Shown one piece after another: positions 51,959-63,242 of a stretch of DNA of 64,000 nucleotides. Made by a program: the position numbers and the translations under genes. Below the pieces are notes generated by a model that worked only from the letters and a program-made list of their open reading frames with translations, made no database searches and was not told the origin of the DNA. The DNA is from Sedimentisphaerales bacterium (GTDB lineage Bacteria > Planctomycetota > Phycisphaerae > Sedimentisphaerales > SM23-30), in assembly GCA_963663805.2 (NCBI GenBank), contig CAXXMR010000009.1, positions 1 to 64,000 on the forward strand. Reading direction: 5' to 3'. The stretch's first letter is position 1, and every line of letters starts with the position of its first letter.

Positions 51959-52870
51959 ATGTCTACGAAGCTGTTTTTGGGGGTGATGGTCTGTGCCTTG
52001 ATTTTTGCGAGTTTTTCTTTTGGGCTGAGTATCCAGCAGGTTGACCCATCTGGTGTTAAGGTCAGCGGTTCGGGAACGTTATCAGATAGTTCCGGCACCG
52101 CCGGGCCGGTAAATCGCCTGGTAACTGACCCCAATGACGCCTATTTCTATGTCAACGGCTATCAAGACTTCCACACCCCCGGCTACATCACCAAATGTGA
52201 CTTTGACAGTTCCATGCACTTCGGCGGCGGTGAAGCCTGGGACGACTCCAGTTCTTTCTTCGCGGATTTCATGGCTTCTACCGGTATTAGCTATGACAGC
52301 ACAGACCTCAGCTCTCAAGGTCAGGTCTGGGCAGAAGCGGAAACCATAAATGACGGCATAACTCACGGCTGCTATATGCAAATTGTCCCCAGCCAGCCCG
52401 GCGAACAAATCGGCGACCTGGTTTATATTGAAATGGGATTGATAATCACCACTACGATTACCGCTGACAATGGCCAGGTTATCATATCGGGCAGTAACGG
52501 CATGGATCATCTGGCAATCACGCTGAATCAACCAACTCCCACCTGGCCGGGCAACCCAGACCCCATCCGCGAAATATGCACTGTACCTGCCCAGACCATC
52601 ACAACAACTATTGAATTTGGCGAAATGGTCTATCCGGTTTCGGTTCAGGCCCATATCGGCGATGTGATCGGAGTGTACGGCTACCTCAAAAGCTCTCTGA
52701 ATGAAACCGGAAACGGCTACTATCAGGCTTATGGCAGTATCAACCTTCACATTAACGGCAGACTCGATACCAACGACATGGACTTCAATAACGATGGTTA
52801 TGTCGACCTGATTGACTTTGCCACCTTCGCCAATGAATGGATGTGGGTTCGCGGCGGCAGATTGTTCTAA
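51959..52870 (+). CDS. Secreted hypothetical protein with dockerin-like tail
   Basis: Signal peptide; C-terminal DFNNDGYVDLIDFATFANEWM. Confidence 0.75.
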   Translation: MSTKLFLGVMVCALIFASFSFGLSIQQVDPSGVKVSGSGTLSDSSGTAGPVNRLVTDPNDAYFYVNGYQDFHTPGYITKCDFDSSMHFGGGEAWDDSSSFFADFMASTGISYDSTDLSSQGQVWAEAETINDGITHGCYMQIVPSQPGEQIGDLVYIEMGLIITTTITADNGQVIISGSNGMDHLAITLNQPTPTWPGNPDPIREICTVPAQTITTTIEFGEMVYPVSVQAHIGDVIGVYGYLKSSLNETGNGYYQAYGSINLHINGRLDTNDMDFNNDGYVDLIDFATFANEWMWVRGGRLF

Positions 52871-52912
52871 AAATCACTATCAGCCCCGGAGCGGGTGAAA
52901 TATAAACATTTT

Positions 52913-52951
52913 AGCGGCATTGGTAGAACTTTTACCAATGCCGCTTTTTTA
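52913..52951 (+). terminator. Intrinsic terminator
   Basis: AGCGGCATTGGTA...TACCAATGCCGCT followed by a T-tract. Confidence 0.85.
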
Positions 52952-53069
52952 TCTAATTCTCACAGACAGAGCCGGTGGATTAACTGGAATTTAACCAAAA
53001 TCCCTCAAAAACACGGATTCCCTTGGAAAATCAGACATTTCCATACAGAAACAAGGGATAATGATTTTG

Positions 53070-53182
53070 TTGACACCGGCCTGGGAATCCCGTAGCCTAT
53101 CGATACATTCACAGCCCAGACGGCAAGAGATATTAGAGAGCCGGGCAAACAGTTCTAATAGAGGTGCTGTTTGTTCGTTTTT
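53070..53182 (+). promoter_or_regulatory. sigma70 promoter followed by a leader containing a terminator
   Basis: TTGACA-17bp-TAGCCT; stem CGGGCAAACAGT/GCTGTTTGTTCG + TTTTT, about 100 nt before the start codon. Confidence 0.55.
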
Positions 53183-53283
53183 ATATATCGAGTTTCATCC
53201 CCACTTTTAAGCTGAAGCTCAACTTTTGTAAAACTCCGGCTTAATATATTTATTTCGGTCCTCCGGCAAAAAGGAAGTATGCG

Positions 53284-54533
53284 ATGTACCAGAGATTTGT
53301 TTTATTGTTAGTTTGCCTGATTACACTTCCAGCTGCGGGTTGGGGGCCGCCTCACCGCTACGCCTCGGAGGTAGCTATCGATTCTCTGCCGGAATGGCAA
53401 AGGGATATCATCGCCGCCGAACGTGAGGATTTTATAAATACCTACTGCATTATCCCCGACCTGGTACGGCAGCCTAACCTGAAACCAATATGGTCGCCTT
53501 ATCTGCTGGATGATTTCTATCTGCATTACGCGATTTCGACCGAGCATAATTACCGGGCCTACGAACATTACTTCAATCTGGTAAACAAGAAGTTTAAAGC
53601 AGGTGAAGTGCGCCAAGCCATGCGACATGCCGGGGCCTTCTCGCATTTCCTGCAGGATTCGACCTGCCCGGCACATTTTAGATACGCAGCCCAGACCCGG
53701 TTCTACGATGAAAATTTCAAGACACCTTCCTTTATCGGCTTGAATCCCTTTCAAAGACCTGATGTTCGTACCGGAGAAATACCAATATATCAGCCTGCAT
53801 AAAAGTGGTCGATAACGGCGGCTTTGAGCTGGAGCAATTGCGCCAAACCTATGGAACATACAAACCTCGCTTGCTGGGACGCACTATCGAGGAAGCCGTC
53901 TTCAATCTCGACCTGGAACACGAACGTTATATGACTGAATCGACCAAATGTATTGTCCCTATGCTGTCAGCGTATTTCGATGACGATTTGGAAGGCTACG
54001 GTCGGTACGGACTGCGGGCCGCGAACTTATCGACCAGACTTACCGCTGACTTCCTTTATACCGTTTTGTGCATATCGTCAAACAAGTTTGAAGAAAACGA
54101 TCTGGCAAAATTACCAAAAGAGTTTTCCCTGACGGATGTCCCCATTGCCGCGGCCAATAAAGTTCTGCCTGGATATGCCGAACCGATACCGGTTAAATTA
54201 AAGACCGCGGACAATACCATCCGGGATTTCGACAATGGTTTTGTGGTGGGCAGCGATACCGAATACAGTTTTATTGTTCCCCCAGGCCTTTTCAAGACCC
54301 TGGAAGTCCGTGTCGGCCAGCAGCCCGAATGTGGAGCTGAGGGGAAATGCCGCTTTGAGATTCTGCTGGATGGCAAATCGGTGAGCAAGACCGAAGAAAT
54401 CAGCGCTAAGGATGCTCCGCAGTTATTGAAAGTGCGGCTGGAACAGGCCCGAACCATTACCATCAAGACCGACGGCAGTAAGAAAGATGACAAAATCAAC
54501 GCCGTCTGGGCCCAGCCGATTTTGAAAATGTAA
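53284..54533 (+). CDS. Secreted Zn-dependent phospholipase C / S1-P1 nuclease-like domain + NPCBM/NEW2 domain; frameshift near 53750-53800
   Basis: Signal peptide then WGPPH, PD, HFLQD..CPAH; second frame ends FEILLDGK...AVWAQPIL. Confidence 0.65.
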
Positions 54534-54557
54534 TTTGACCGATGCCAACCCTGTGCA

Positions 54558-55984
54558 CTAATATTCCAGGAGTGCTACGCCTGCGACTCCGCCAAACGTT
54601 CCGTTCGTATCCCTGACTCGGTCAATACCATCATCAGCCCCAATCGCGTAGGTCTCGCCCGGCATCAGGGTACTGTAGATCTCGCCCTTAACCCGAACAT
54701 CATAAATCCGGGCGGTGCCGATATGGTTCGAGGTCGCCGCATCGTCCCCGTTACCGTAATAATTACCGTTATCCCATATCCCCGCGATAAGGCTGGAATC
54801 AACCATATCCCCTTTAATAGTGACCTTTTCGATAATCACGTCGCCCCACTCATCATCATCTGCCGTGCGATAAATCAAATCATCGCCGATATCCACGCCT
54901 CCCATTATCTGACTGCGATTGACATCCTGGCCGACACTTATCTGTCCGATGCCGTTCAGTACCGAAATCAACGCCGAATCCAGGTCGCGTTTGATTTTAA
55001 TCGTCTCGATACTGCGCCCACTCTCAGGGTAATATCCTGACAATCACTTGCCTGGAACAGTTCTAAGTCTGCGGTAATGCCAAACTTGGTATTATCAACA
55101 TTCTCCCTGAAAATCATCTTGCCGCCCCGGTTCACGCGTATGGTCGAATCCATGACATCATTGTCAAATCTCGCGTCATCAAGTTCTCCGCCGACCTCAA
55201 GGGTGCTGCCACAGAAATTCCTGTCGATACGAAAATCCTCAATATTGCCGCCGACTTCCAGCAGACTGCTGCTTTGCACATAGCCATCAATATTCAAACT
55301 GCCCACGCTGCCTTCGATATTTAACATACTGTTCATAATAGACTTATCAATATCAATCGCCTTTACGCTGCCTCCCACCGCAATTATGGTTCCCGCCGTC
55401 AGCGACTGTTTGCAGGAAAAATCATCCAAATCACCAGCCACCGTGATACTCGAATTGCTAATGCCGCTGGCCGTATCACGCCGCGAACCAACCGACATCG
55501 AATCCAGGCTCCCACTTATGACAACAGTAAAATTCTCCAGCCTTCCCTCAACTTCCATATCCTGAATATCCCCGGAGATAGCTATCGAATTGGTATCAGT
55601 ACTCACCTTGCCCAGCGACTCAACCTCCAGCGACCTTATTCGACCACAGGTAAGCCCACCTAGATTGCCTTCGATATTCACCCTCCCCAAATCGGCACCG
55701 CCGGTAGTAATCAAGCCAACATTGACCAGCCCATCACCGTTTGTCGAGGTAACTTCAATGGTGAGGTCACTCTGAATGGTCGTACCAGTCAGAATCATAT
55801 TAGACAAATCCGCATTAAGAATAGTCCCCGGACCATCCAGAATTATCCGGTAATCATCCCAATCCGTATCAACTCCGGGTACCCCCTCCGACGAGAGCAG
55901 CACCCGCTTATCAAGAATCTCCAGAGTTAAGAAGCCGTCGTTGCACAATTCCTGATTTCTCAAGCACTTACAAGTCATGTTCAT
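54558..55984 (-). CDS. Planctomycete extracellular beta-solenoid repeat protein (LEPR-XLL-like N-terminus); frameshift near 55020
   Basis: LEILDKRVLLS; repeated 'S.I.V.G.l..l.I.g.' units of about 21-22 aa continuing in the second frame. Confidence 0.6.
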
Positions 55985-56168
55985 TCGTCAATCCCTCTGG
56001 GTTCACAGTTAATTATATCCTTAGTGCTATCGACAAACCCGTAAGGTTTTCTCCAAATGAGATCGCAGATAAAAAAAAGCTGGCAAATCTCCATACGATT
56101 ATTATACTTGGTCACCGGAATGAGGAACCCGTGATTCAACGGCTTGAAAAACGGGTAACTCGGCCCCT

Positions 56169-56240
<72 letters not shown>

Positions 56241-56393
56241 TTTCCGCTAACCTTTCAAAAACAGTAACTTAAATTTTGTTGCGTGACCGGGCGAGGGGGA
56301 TTAAGATAATCATCTATCGGGCCGCTTTTTACGGCAAAACTGAACGAGAAATCTGTTTTCCGTACCAGGAAAACCATGTCGGGAGTTTGTACG

Positions 56394-57469
56394 ATGAGCA
56401 AAATGTTACCTCTGAAATCACTATGGTTAGTTATCTGCTTATGCGGCCTGATTGGTCTGGCCGGCTGCAAGAAGGAAGAAGAACAAGCCGCTAATCCGCC
56501 GGCAATGTCCGAGCCCGAAGCGCCAGCGACTGCCGGGGATACCATTGAACTGTCCTACAGTATATTTTTCCCTCCCACTCACATTCAGTGCATTACCGCG
56601 ATGGACTGGGCCAAGGAATAGAAAAACGTACCGACGGCAAGGTCAAAATCACCGTTTATCCAGCCGGAACGCTGACCAAAGCACCCCAGTGCTATGAGGG
56701 TGTGGTCAACGGTATTTCTGATATTGGGATGAGCTGTTTCGCTTATACCCGAGGGCGTTTTCCGCTACTGGAAGGTCTGGATTTGCCGGTAGGCTATCCT
56801 AATGGCATGACAGCCACAAAAATCGCTACGGAACTAGCCCAAAAATACAAACCGGAAGAAATGGCCGACACCCACCTGCTCTATATACACGCTCACGGAC
56901 CCGGCATCCTGGCTTCCAAGAAGGCAGTGAAAAGCCTGGACGATATGGCAGGCCTGAAGGTGCGAGCTACAGGTCTATCCTCCAAGATTGTCGAAAAGCT
57001 GGGCGGTACGCCGGTAGCAATGAGCCAGCCCGAAACCTATGAAGCCCTGCAAAAAGGTGTGGTTGAAGCGACCTTCTGCCCCATCGAAACACTCAAAGGC
57101 TGGAAACAGGGTGAAGTAATTGATTTTGTTACCAATACCTCAAGTATCGGTTATACGACATCAATGTATGTGGTAATGAACAAAGCTTCGTGGGATAAAT
57201 TACCCGCGGAGGTAAAAAAGGTTTTCGATGAGGTCTGTGCCGAATGGGTAGCCAGGCACGGTGCCGCCTGGGATAAAGCCGACGAGGAAGGGCGGGAATT
57301 CGTGAAATCGCTGAACAAGGAAACAACCACCCTTTCAGCCGAAGAGCTGGTCCGCTGGAAAGAGGCCGTCAAACCGATTCTGGACCAGTATGTGGCTGAC
57401 ACCAAAACCAAAAACCTGCCGGGCGAAGAATTTCTCGCTGATGTACTGAAAAGCCTGGAAGGTAAATAG
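56394..57469 (+). CDS. dctP: TRAP transporter substrate-binding lipoprotein; frameshift near 56618
   Basis: Lipobox [49 protein letters not shown]. Confidence 0.88.
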
Positions 57470-57489
57470 TTTTAATTCTTGATTTAACA

Positions 57490-57531
57490 AGCTCATCCCC
57501 AAGCCTCGGCAACGGGATGGGCTGTTTTTTT
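57490..57531 (+). terminator. Hairpin + T-tract after dctP
   Basis: AGCTCATCCC...GGGATGGGCT-GTTTTTTT. Confidence 0.7.
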
Positions 57532-57550
57532 ATTTGCGTGAGGTTAATAC

Positions 57551-58060
57551 TTGCTAAGTTTACTCCGAAGTATATCCCGCTTATTTACCAAAATACTGCG
57601 GGTACTGGTAAAGGTGATGACAGTGGTGGCGGCATTGGGGATAATGGCAATGCTGCTGGTTACCTGCATCGACGTCATTCTACGCGCATTCAATCGACCC
57701 CTCATCGGCGCTTTGGACATTGTCCGCATCGCCAGCGTAATAACCATTGCCGCAGCTATGCCGTATACCACCGCCTTGAAAGGCCATGTCGCGGTCGAAT
57801 ATTGCTTCCATAAACTCTCGCGGCGGGGACGGATTATCGTCGATACCATCTGGAGGATAATGGCCTGTACGCTGTTTGGCTGCCTCACCTGGCAGTGCCT
57901 GATTTACGCGGCATCCCTGAAAAAAAACGGGACAGTAACCCCAACATTACAAGTGCCGCTGTACTGGATACCATATGTACTGGCGTTTTCGTGCGGGCTG
58001 GTGGGCCTGGTAATCCTTCATAATATGCTGCATCCGGGCCAGGAGATGATTAAACCGTGA
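57551..58060 (+). CDS. dctQ: TRAP transporter small permease
   Basis: Four TM segments, DVILR..N.P..G, GHVAVE. Confidence 0.88.
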   Translation: MLSLLRSISRLFTKILRVLVKVMTVVAALGIMAMLLVTCIDVILRAFNRPLIGALDIVRIASVITIAAAMPYTTALKGHVAVEYCFHKLSRRGRIIVDTIWRIMACTLFGCLTWQCLIYAASLKKNGTVTPTLQVPLYWIPYVLAFSCGLVGLVILHNMLHPGQEMIKP

Positions 58061-59359
58061 GTCCCATCGAAATCGGTATAATCGGCTGTGCTTGTATGCT
58101 CATTCTGCTGATGAGCAGTATGCCCGTCGCCTTCGTTATGGCGGTGGTGGGCTTTATCGGTTTCGCTCTGATAGTCTCGCCCGCCGCGGCGCTCAGCATG
58201 ATTACCATTGATGTTTTCGACACGTTCAGTTCCTACAGCCTGACGGTCATACCCTTGTTTTGTACTTATGGGCCAGATTGCCTTTCATGCCGGAATAAGC
58301 CGCCGACTATTCGACGCCGCCTATCACTGGCTGGGACCGCTCTCCGGCGGACTGGCAATGTCAACGGTGGGCGCCTGTACCGCTTTTGGGGCAATCTGCG
58401 GCTCAGGACCAGCCACAGCGGCAACGATGGCAGCAGTAGCACTGCCGGAGATGAAACGCTACAAATACGATATGGAACTGGCCTGCGGGGCGGTCGCCGC
58501 CGGCGGCAGTCTGGGGATGCTTATTCCGCCCAGTGTGGTATTTATCGTTTACGCGATTATGACCGAACAATCTATCGGCAAACTTTTCATCGCGGGTATC
58601 GTACCGGGCATATTTATCGCCCTGCTCTTCTGCCTGACGATTTACATCAATTGCAAACGAAAGCCTCGGCTGGGACCAGCGGCACCATCGAGTTCGTGGA
58701 AAGAAAAATTCCTGTCCCTGACCGGTGTCAGCGAAACGATCATCCTTTTCGTACTGGTTATGGGCGGCATGTTCTTTGGCTTTTTCACGCCCACCGAAGC
58801 AGCCGCCATCGGTGCCGGTGGCTGTATTGCCATCGCCCTCATCAAAAGACAGCTCGACTGGAAAAGGTTCCAGCAATCGCTCCGCGAAACCATGCGAACC
58901 TCATGTATGGTAATCTTTATCGTCACCGGAGCGGTAATCTTCGGGCATTTCCTGGCCGTTACACGCATCCCCTTTGAGCTGGCCAGCTGGCTGGCGGGTC
59001 TTCACCTGCCGAGCTGGACCGTTATGGGGATGATAATCCTGTTCTATCTGTTGGCAGGCTGTTTTGTCGATGCCCTGGCTTTGATATTGTTGACAATACC
59101 CATTTTCACCCCGGTGGTCGCAGGGCTGGGTTATGACCCGATATGGTTCGGCGTAATAATCGTGGTAGTGACCCAGATGGGCGTAATCTCACCGCCGGTG
59201 GGCGTTAATGTGTACGTCGTCAGCGGCATAGCCCGTGATGTCCCGCTCCAAACGGTATTCAAAGGATCAATGCCGTTCCTGCTGGCCTTGATTATCGCCG
59301 CGGTGATTTTAGTGGCCTTCCCGCAGATAACCCTTTTCCTGCCCAACCTGATTAAATAA
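58057..59359 (+). CDS. dctM: TRAP transporter large permease; frameshift in the T-run near 58260
   Basis: MPVAF, IPLF/VLMG, GSLGMLIPPS, FTPTEAAA, GYDPIWFG, SPPVGVN. Confidence 0.9.
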
Positions 59360-59373
59360 TAAACGAGGCAAAA

Positions 59374-59859
59374 ATGAGCGACTCAAATCTGCCCAAAGAC
59401 TTATTCAAAAAAGTTCTCTTCTGTACAGATTTCTCCGAGAATGCGAATTTCGCTTTCAACTTCGCTATTGATGCCGCAACACGCCGACCTGGATGCGAGC
59501 TTTTTCTCCTGCATGTTATCCCCGAAAGCGAAGCTCAGTTCTGGAAAACCTATATCTACGAAGTTGACAACGTCGATGACAAAGCCAAACATGACATCGA
59601 CGCTATTATCGCCGAACATTATCTGCCGCGCGTACCGACCAACCTGGAATTTCGTGTGAAAATCCGTGTTGGACGTGATACAACTCAAATTCTGGAATTC
59701 GCACGAGAACAGAATATAGACTTGATTGTAATGGGCCGACAGGGCCACTCCGCAATCGAGAAAGCCCTGTTCGGAAATGTCACCGAAAAAATCACGCGCA
59801 AAGCAGATTGTGCGGTGCTGGTAATCCCCCTGAGCTTTGAGCAAAAATTCAAGTCATAA
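59374..59859 (+). CDS. Universal stress protein (TRAP-associated)
   Basis: KVLFCTDFS, LLHV, DLIVMGRQG, FGNVTEKITRKADCAVLVI. Confidence 0.92.
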   Translation: MSDSNLPKDLFKKVLFCTDFSENANFAFNFAIDAATRRPGCELFLLHVIPESEAQFWKTYIYEVDNVDDKAKHDIDAIIAEHYLPRVPTNLEFRVKIRVGRDTTQILEFAREQNIDLIVMGRQGHSAIEKALFGNVTEKITRKADCAVLVIPLSFEQKFKS

Positions 59860-59909
59860 CTAAACTTTTCCAAAATGACCATTGGCCATACTATCTGCTC
59901 GACGAGGCT

Positions 59910-59993
59910 GACCCCGAAGGGGTCGTAATGTTGTTGTTTTGAATTTTGTGTTTAGAATTTAGAACTTAGAATTTCCAGTTTATCTGGCTTAGG
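59910..59993 (+). repeat. REP-like hairpin plus heptamer repeats
   Basis: GACCCCGAAGGGGTC then TTTAGAA TTTAGAA CTTAGAA TTTCCAGTTTATCTGGCTTAGG. Confidence 0.6.
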
Positions 59994-60082
59994 GTCAACC
60001 GAATTTGCCATAAGGCCGCATCGCTCATTATTGTTTCACCCCAAAAAAACAGAGAAAAGCAGGCCGCGAAAACTAAAATGCT

Positions 60083-61042
60083 CTAGCTTAGCTCAAAAAC
60101 TACTTTTATCTGGCGAGGGTCGGTTGAGGCGGCAAAGGCTTCCTCTGCCTGGTTGAGTTTGTAGCGGCCCGTAATCAGGCCGTTTACCACCACCTGGTCG
60201 GATGCCAGAGCGCTGAGGGCTTCGGGAAACGGGCCGCAGCGGGAACCTATAAGGGTGATTTCATTGATGACCAGGGGAGACAGGTCGATATTACAGTTAT
60301 GGGCAACCCATGTGCTTTTCATAACCAGCCGCCCGCGGGGACGTACCAGACAGCAGGCATCGGTAAAGCCTTGAGGAGTTCCGGTGCAATCGACCACGAC
60401 ATCCCATTCTGGTTTAATGTGCAGGTCTTCACGCAGGATGCCCTGAATACCGCGTTTTTCTGCAAAATTTAGTTTTTCCTGATGTTTGCCGACCAGCACA
60501 ACCCGGCCAGCCTTGGCGGCCAGAACCTGGACGGTCAGCAGACCTAGCCGACCGTCACCTAAAACCGCGATTTTGTGACGCTTTTCGATAGGAATCTGGC
60601 GGACAATCTGCAATGCCGCGGCGAGCGGTTCTACAAAAACCGCCTGCTCGTCCGTTACGGAATCAGGCACTAGGTGAATATTGCGGGCCGGCAAAGCGAT
60701 GTAATCAGCAAAAACCCCGTCGTGCTGGTCAATTCCAAGGGTTTTTCGTTCGCGGCAATGATTGCTCAGACCGGATTGGCACATGTCGCATTTGCCGCAG
60801 ACGCAACTGATTTCAGCGACGACACGCTTCCCGTTAAGTTCACGCGGTCCCTTGACGACCGTGCCGACGAATTCGTGGCCTGGAACGCCGGAAAAGTTCA
60901 TATAGCCCTTGACGATTTCCTGGTCGGTGGCGCAGATGCCTGCCATCTTGACCTTGATGAGAACCTCGGAGGAGATGGGTTTGGGATCGGGGTATACCGG
61001 GTTGAATTTGATTTGCTGATTTTGAAAAACTATTGCCCGCAT
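60083..61042 (-). CDS. Zinc-dependent alcohol dehydrogenase (MDR family)
   Basis: GICATD, GHEFVG, CGKCDMC......HC, EPLAA, GDGRLG, GSRCGPF. Confidence 0.92.
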   Translation of the reverse strand: MRAIVFQNQQIKFNPVYPDPKPISSEVLIKVKMAGICATDQEIVKGYMNFSGVPGHEFVGTVVKGPRELNGKRVVAEISCVCGKCDMCQSGLSNHCRERKTLGIDQHDGVFADYIALPARNIHLVPDSVTDEQAVFVEPLAAALQIVRQIPIEKRHKIAVLGDGRLGLLTVQVLAAKAGRVVLVGKHQEKLNFAEKRGIQGILREDLHIKPEWDVVVDCTGTPQGFTDACCLVRPRGRLVMKSTWVAHNCNIDLSPLVINEITLIGSRCGPFPEALSALASDQVVVNGLITGRYKLNQAEEAFAASTDPRQIKVVFELS

Positions 61043-61236
61043 CTTCCGGGTTACTCCATCCTAAATGACAGTCTGGCCAGGGAATGTTTTTTTTTGTAAA
61101 CGCTCACCAAAAAACAAGATTTTGGGGCTAAAAACGCGAAATTTTCCTGAAATTTCTCCAAAAACGTGAAATTTTTCGCAAAAAACGGCCCGTCTAGGCA
61201 TTTTTGCGCTGAAAAATAGGGCTTTTTTGCCGCTGA

Positions 61237-61953
61237 CTACCAGATTTTGTACCAGGGTTTGTCGGTGTTTTCTCTGGGGGCAATGACCTGGTCAGTGCCC
61301 TGTCGCCATTTCCGCCAGGCTTGACGGTCATATTCTAAGTCCTGGCCAGTCAGGGTGTTAAGTGATTCCCGACAGCGGAAAAGAACGGAAAAAATCCTGC
61401 TCATCCAGCGTCTCGATGAGGGCATCGACGACTTTGTCGTCCGGGAAAAAGCCCAATGTCTCAGCAGCCCGCCCACGAACCCGAACATCCTCATCATCAC
61501 GCAAAATTTCGATAAGCAGATTTTGAGATTGCTCGTTATTCCTTTCCTTAAAAACGTTTATAGTTTCCAGTCTTACGTCTGGGGCGGGGTCAACGGCGGT
61601 TTTTTCGAGTACCTGGGGCAAATATTGCTCTTCGCTATCAATTTTCACCAGGGCCGACACCGCAGCAGCACGAACAAATGAGCTTTCATCGTCGGTAGCC
61701 ATCAGAGCCACAAGCTCACCGGTCGATTCCCAGTTAAGTGCTTGCCCTTCCGTCAGTTGGAGTACAGCCTGCTGGCGATGGTGGGCACTGGGGGCTGCGT
61801 AGCATAGTCATAATCTGACGATTCTTCTCAGCCTGGGAGGGGACCCATGACTTTGCTGACCAGCCTGGTCAGAGTGGTCTCTTTACCAGCCTGGCAGCCA
61901 ATCAAGCAAAAAAACAATGCCACAACAAAAACTATTTTCGATAACTTCAGCAT
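61237..61953 (-). CDS. HEAT-repeat lipoprotein; multiple frameshifts
   Basis: RBS AAGGAG, signal peptide ending LIGC, repeats D..SFVRAAAV, DP.PDVR, D.DVRVRGRAAETLG; C-terminal LTGQD...WRKW. Confidence 0.65.
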
Positions 61954-62039
61954 TTAACGCTCCTTGTACGTAGTTCAGGGAAACGGTAATCTACGGCAAA
62001 AAAGTGAATCTGGCAAGGGCCTGTTGGTCGAATAATTTG

Positions 62040-62725
62040 GCCCAGGCGGATATTTCTGTACAAAGCATTCCGATATTTTCGATACGGCGACCCGAAAGAG
62101 GCTGCCGTGTCATCGACCTTAGCTCGTTTTCCGCAATGTTCAACCAACTGCCGTGTTTGGGCGTATAGTATGACCCAATATTAAATTTTCCGTTTCGTCA
62201 TCTCATTTTTTTTAGCGTTCTGCGAACCGTTTCGTAGCTAATCGAGTCTGCGATTTCCAATTTCACGATCTGCTCAGCCAGCAATCGCAGACTCCAGTTG
62301 GCAAATCCAGACGGCGGATTGCCCAGCCGCAACGCGATAATTTCTGCTTCTTGTTTCCCATCGAGAATTTTGGGCCTTGGCCCGGTTTCGCGTTTTTTCC
62401 GGTTCAACACAGCATCGAAGCCTTCGGTAACGAGTCGGCGTCGAACATTCTCGACAGTTTGTGTTCGACAGGAAAAAGCCTCGGCTATTTTGGCGTCTGA
62501 CCAGTTTAGTCCGCCAACATCCGCCTTGAGAAGGATGCTGGCACGCTGGACTTTTTGGGGCGTTCCTTTCAGTTTTTTTAACGATGTCACGTAACAGACT
62601 CCGTTCTTCCTCTGAAAGCCGAACAATGTATTTTTTGACCATGAGTAATCCTCCATGATTAGCAAACTCATAGAGAATTATCGGCAACGTACACCCAAAT
62701 CTTTAATTATGACAAAACAGTAGTA
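62040..62725 (-). mobile_element. Degenerate IS630-family insertion sequence (internally deleted transposase)
   Basis: MVKKYIVRLSEEER / RASILLKAD / WSLRLLA / SYETVRRTLKK HTH region joined directly to YTPKHGSWLNIAENEL; probable terminal sequence TACTACTGTTTTGTCATAATTAAAG at 62701-62725. Confidence 0.85.
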
Positions 62726-63242
62726 TTGCTCTCTTTTTCATAACATTTCCCTTCTTTAAGTGGTTAAATTGTTAGTACATAGACATCTCCCCACGATACG
62801 ATCTCAACGGCACAACCCCTTTTGAATAAGTTTTTCTACGCAGGAAAAACACAGCATTGACCCAGATCACAAGAACCCAACCGCAATACTCAAGTCGGTA
62901 TAAAAAAACTTGCCTGGTCTAACTGGCACAAAAAACGTAAAAAAGAAAGAACCGCAAAAACGCCCGCCAACCAAAGATATTGGCGGCACCAGAAGTTTAT
63001 TACTTGTCAAACTCGACTCGGTAGGTATAACACATAATAGGCTATTTGTCCAATGTGAACATAATTTCTACCATCGGAAACAAAAATTTAACCGTTCAGA
63101 GCTACTCGCAAATATCCATCTACAACTGTTATGGGTACGATCCAGCCGCTGGCAGTACCTCTATAAACAAAACCAAAAACACCCCACAGATAAGTTTCCA
63201 TCTTTTTATTTTTTCTGAAAAATTTGTTTAGGTTAACCCAAT

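Noticed and set aside
13528..52870. A true cellulosome
   Set aside because: No cohesin or scaffoldin recognised, and many tails are single rather than duplicated repeats
58261..58977. C-terminal part of the 306-aa ORF starting at 58057
   Set aside because: Out-of-frame read-through after the dctM frameshift; the real sequence continues in the 58268 frame
62910..63231. Short plus-strand ORFs between the IS remnant and the PEP-CTERM gene
   Set aside because: No RBS or motifs; low-complexity A-rich intergenic DNA
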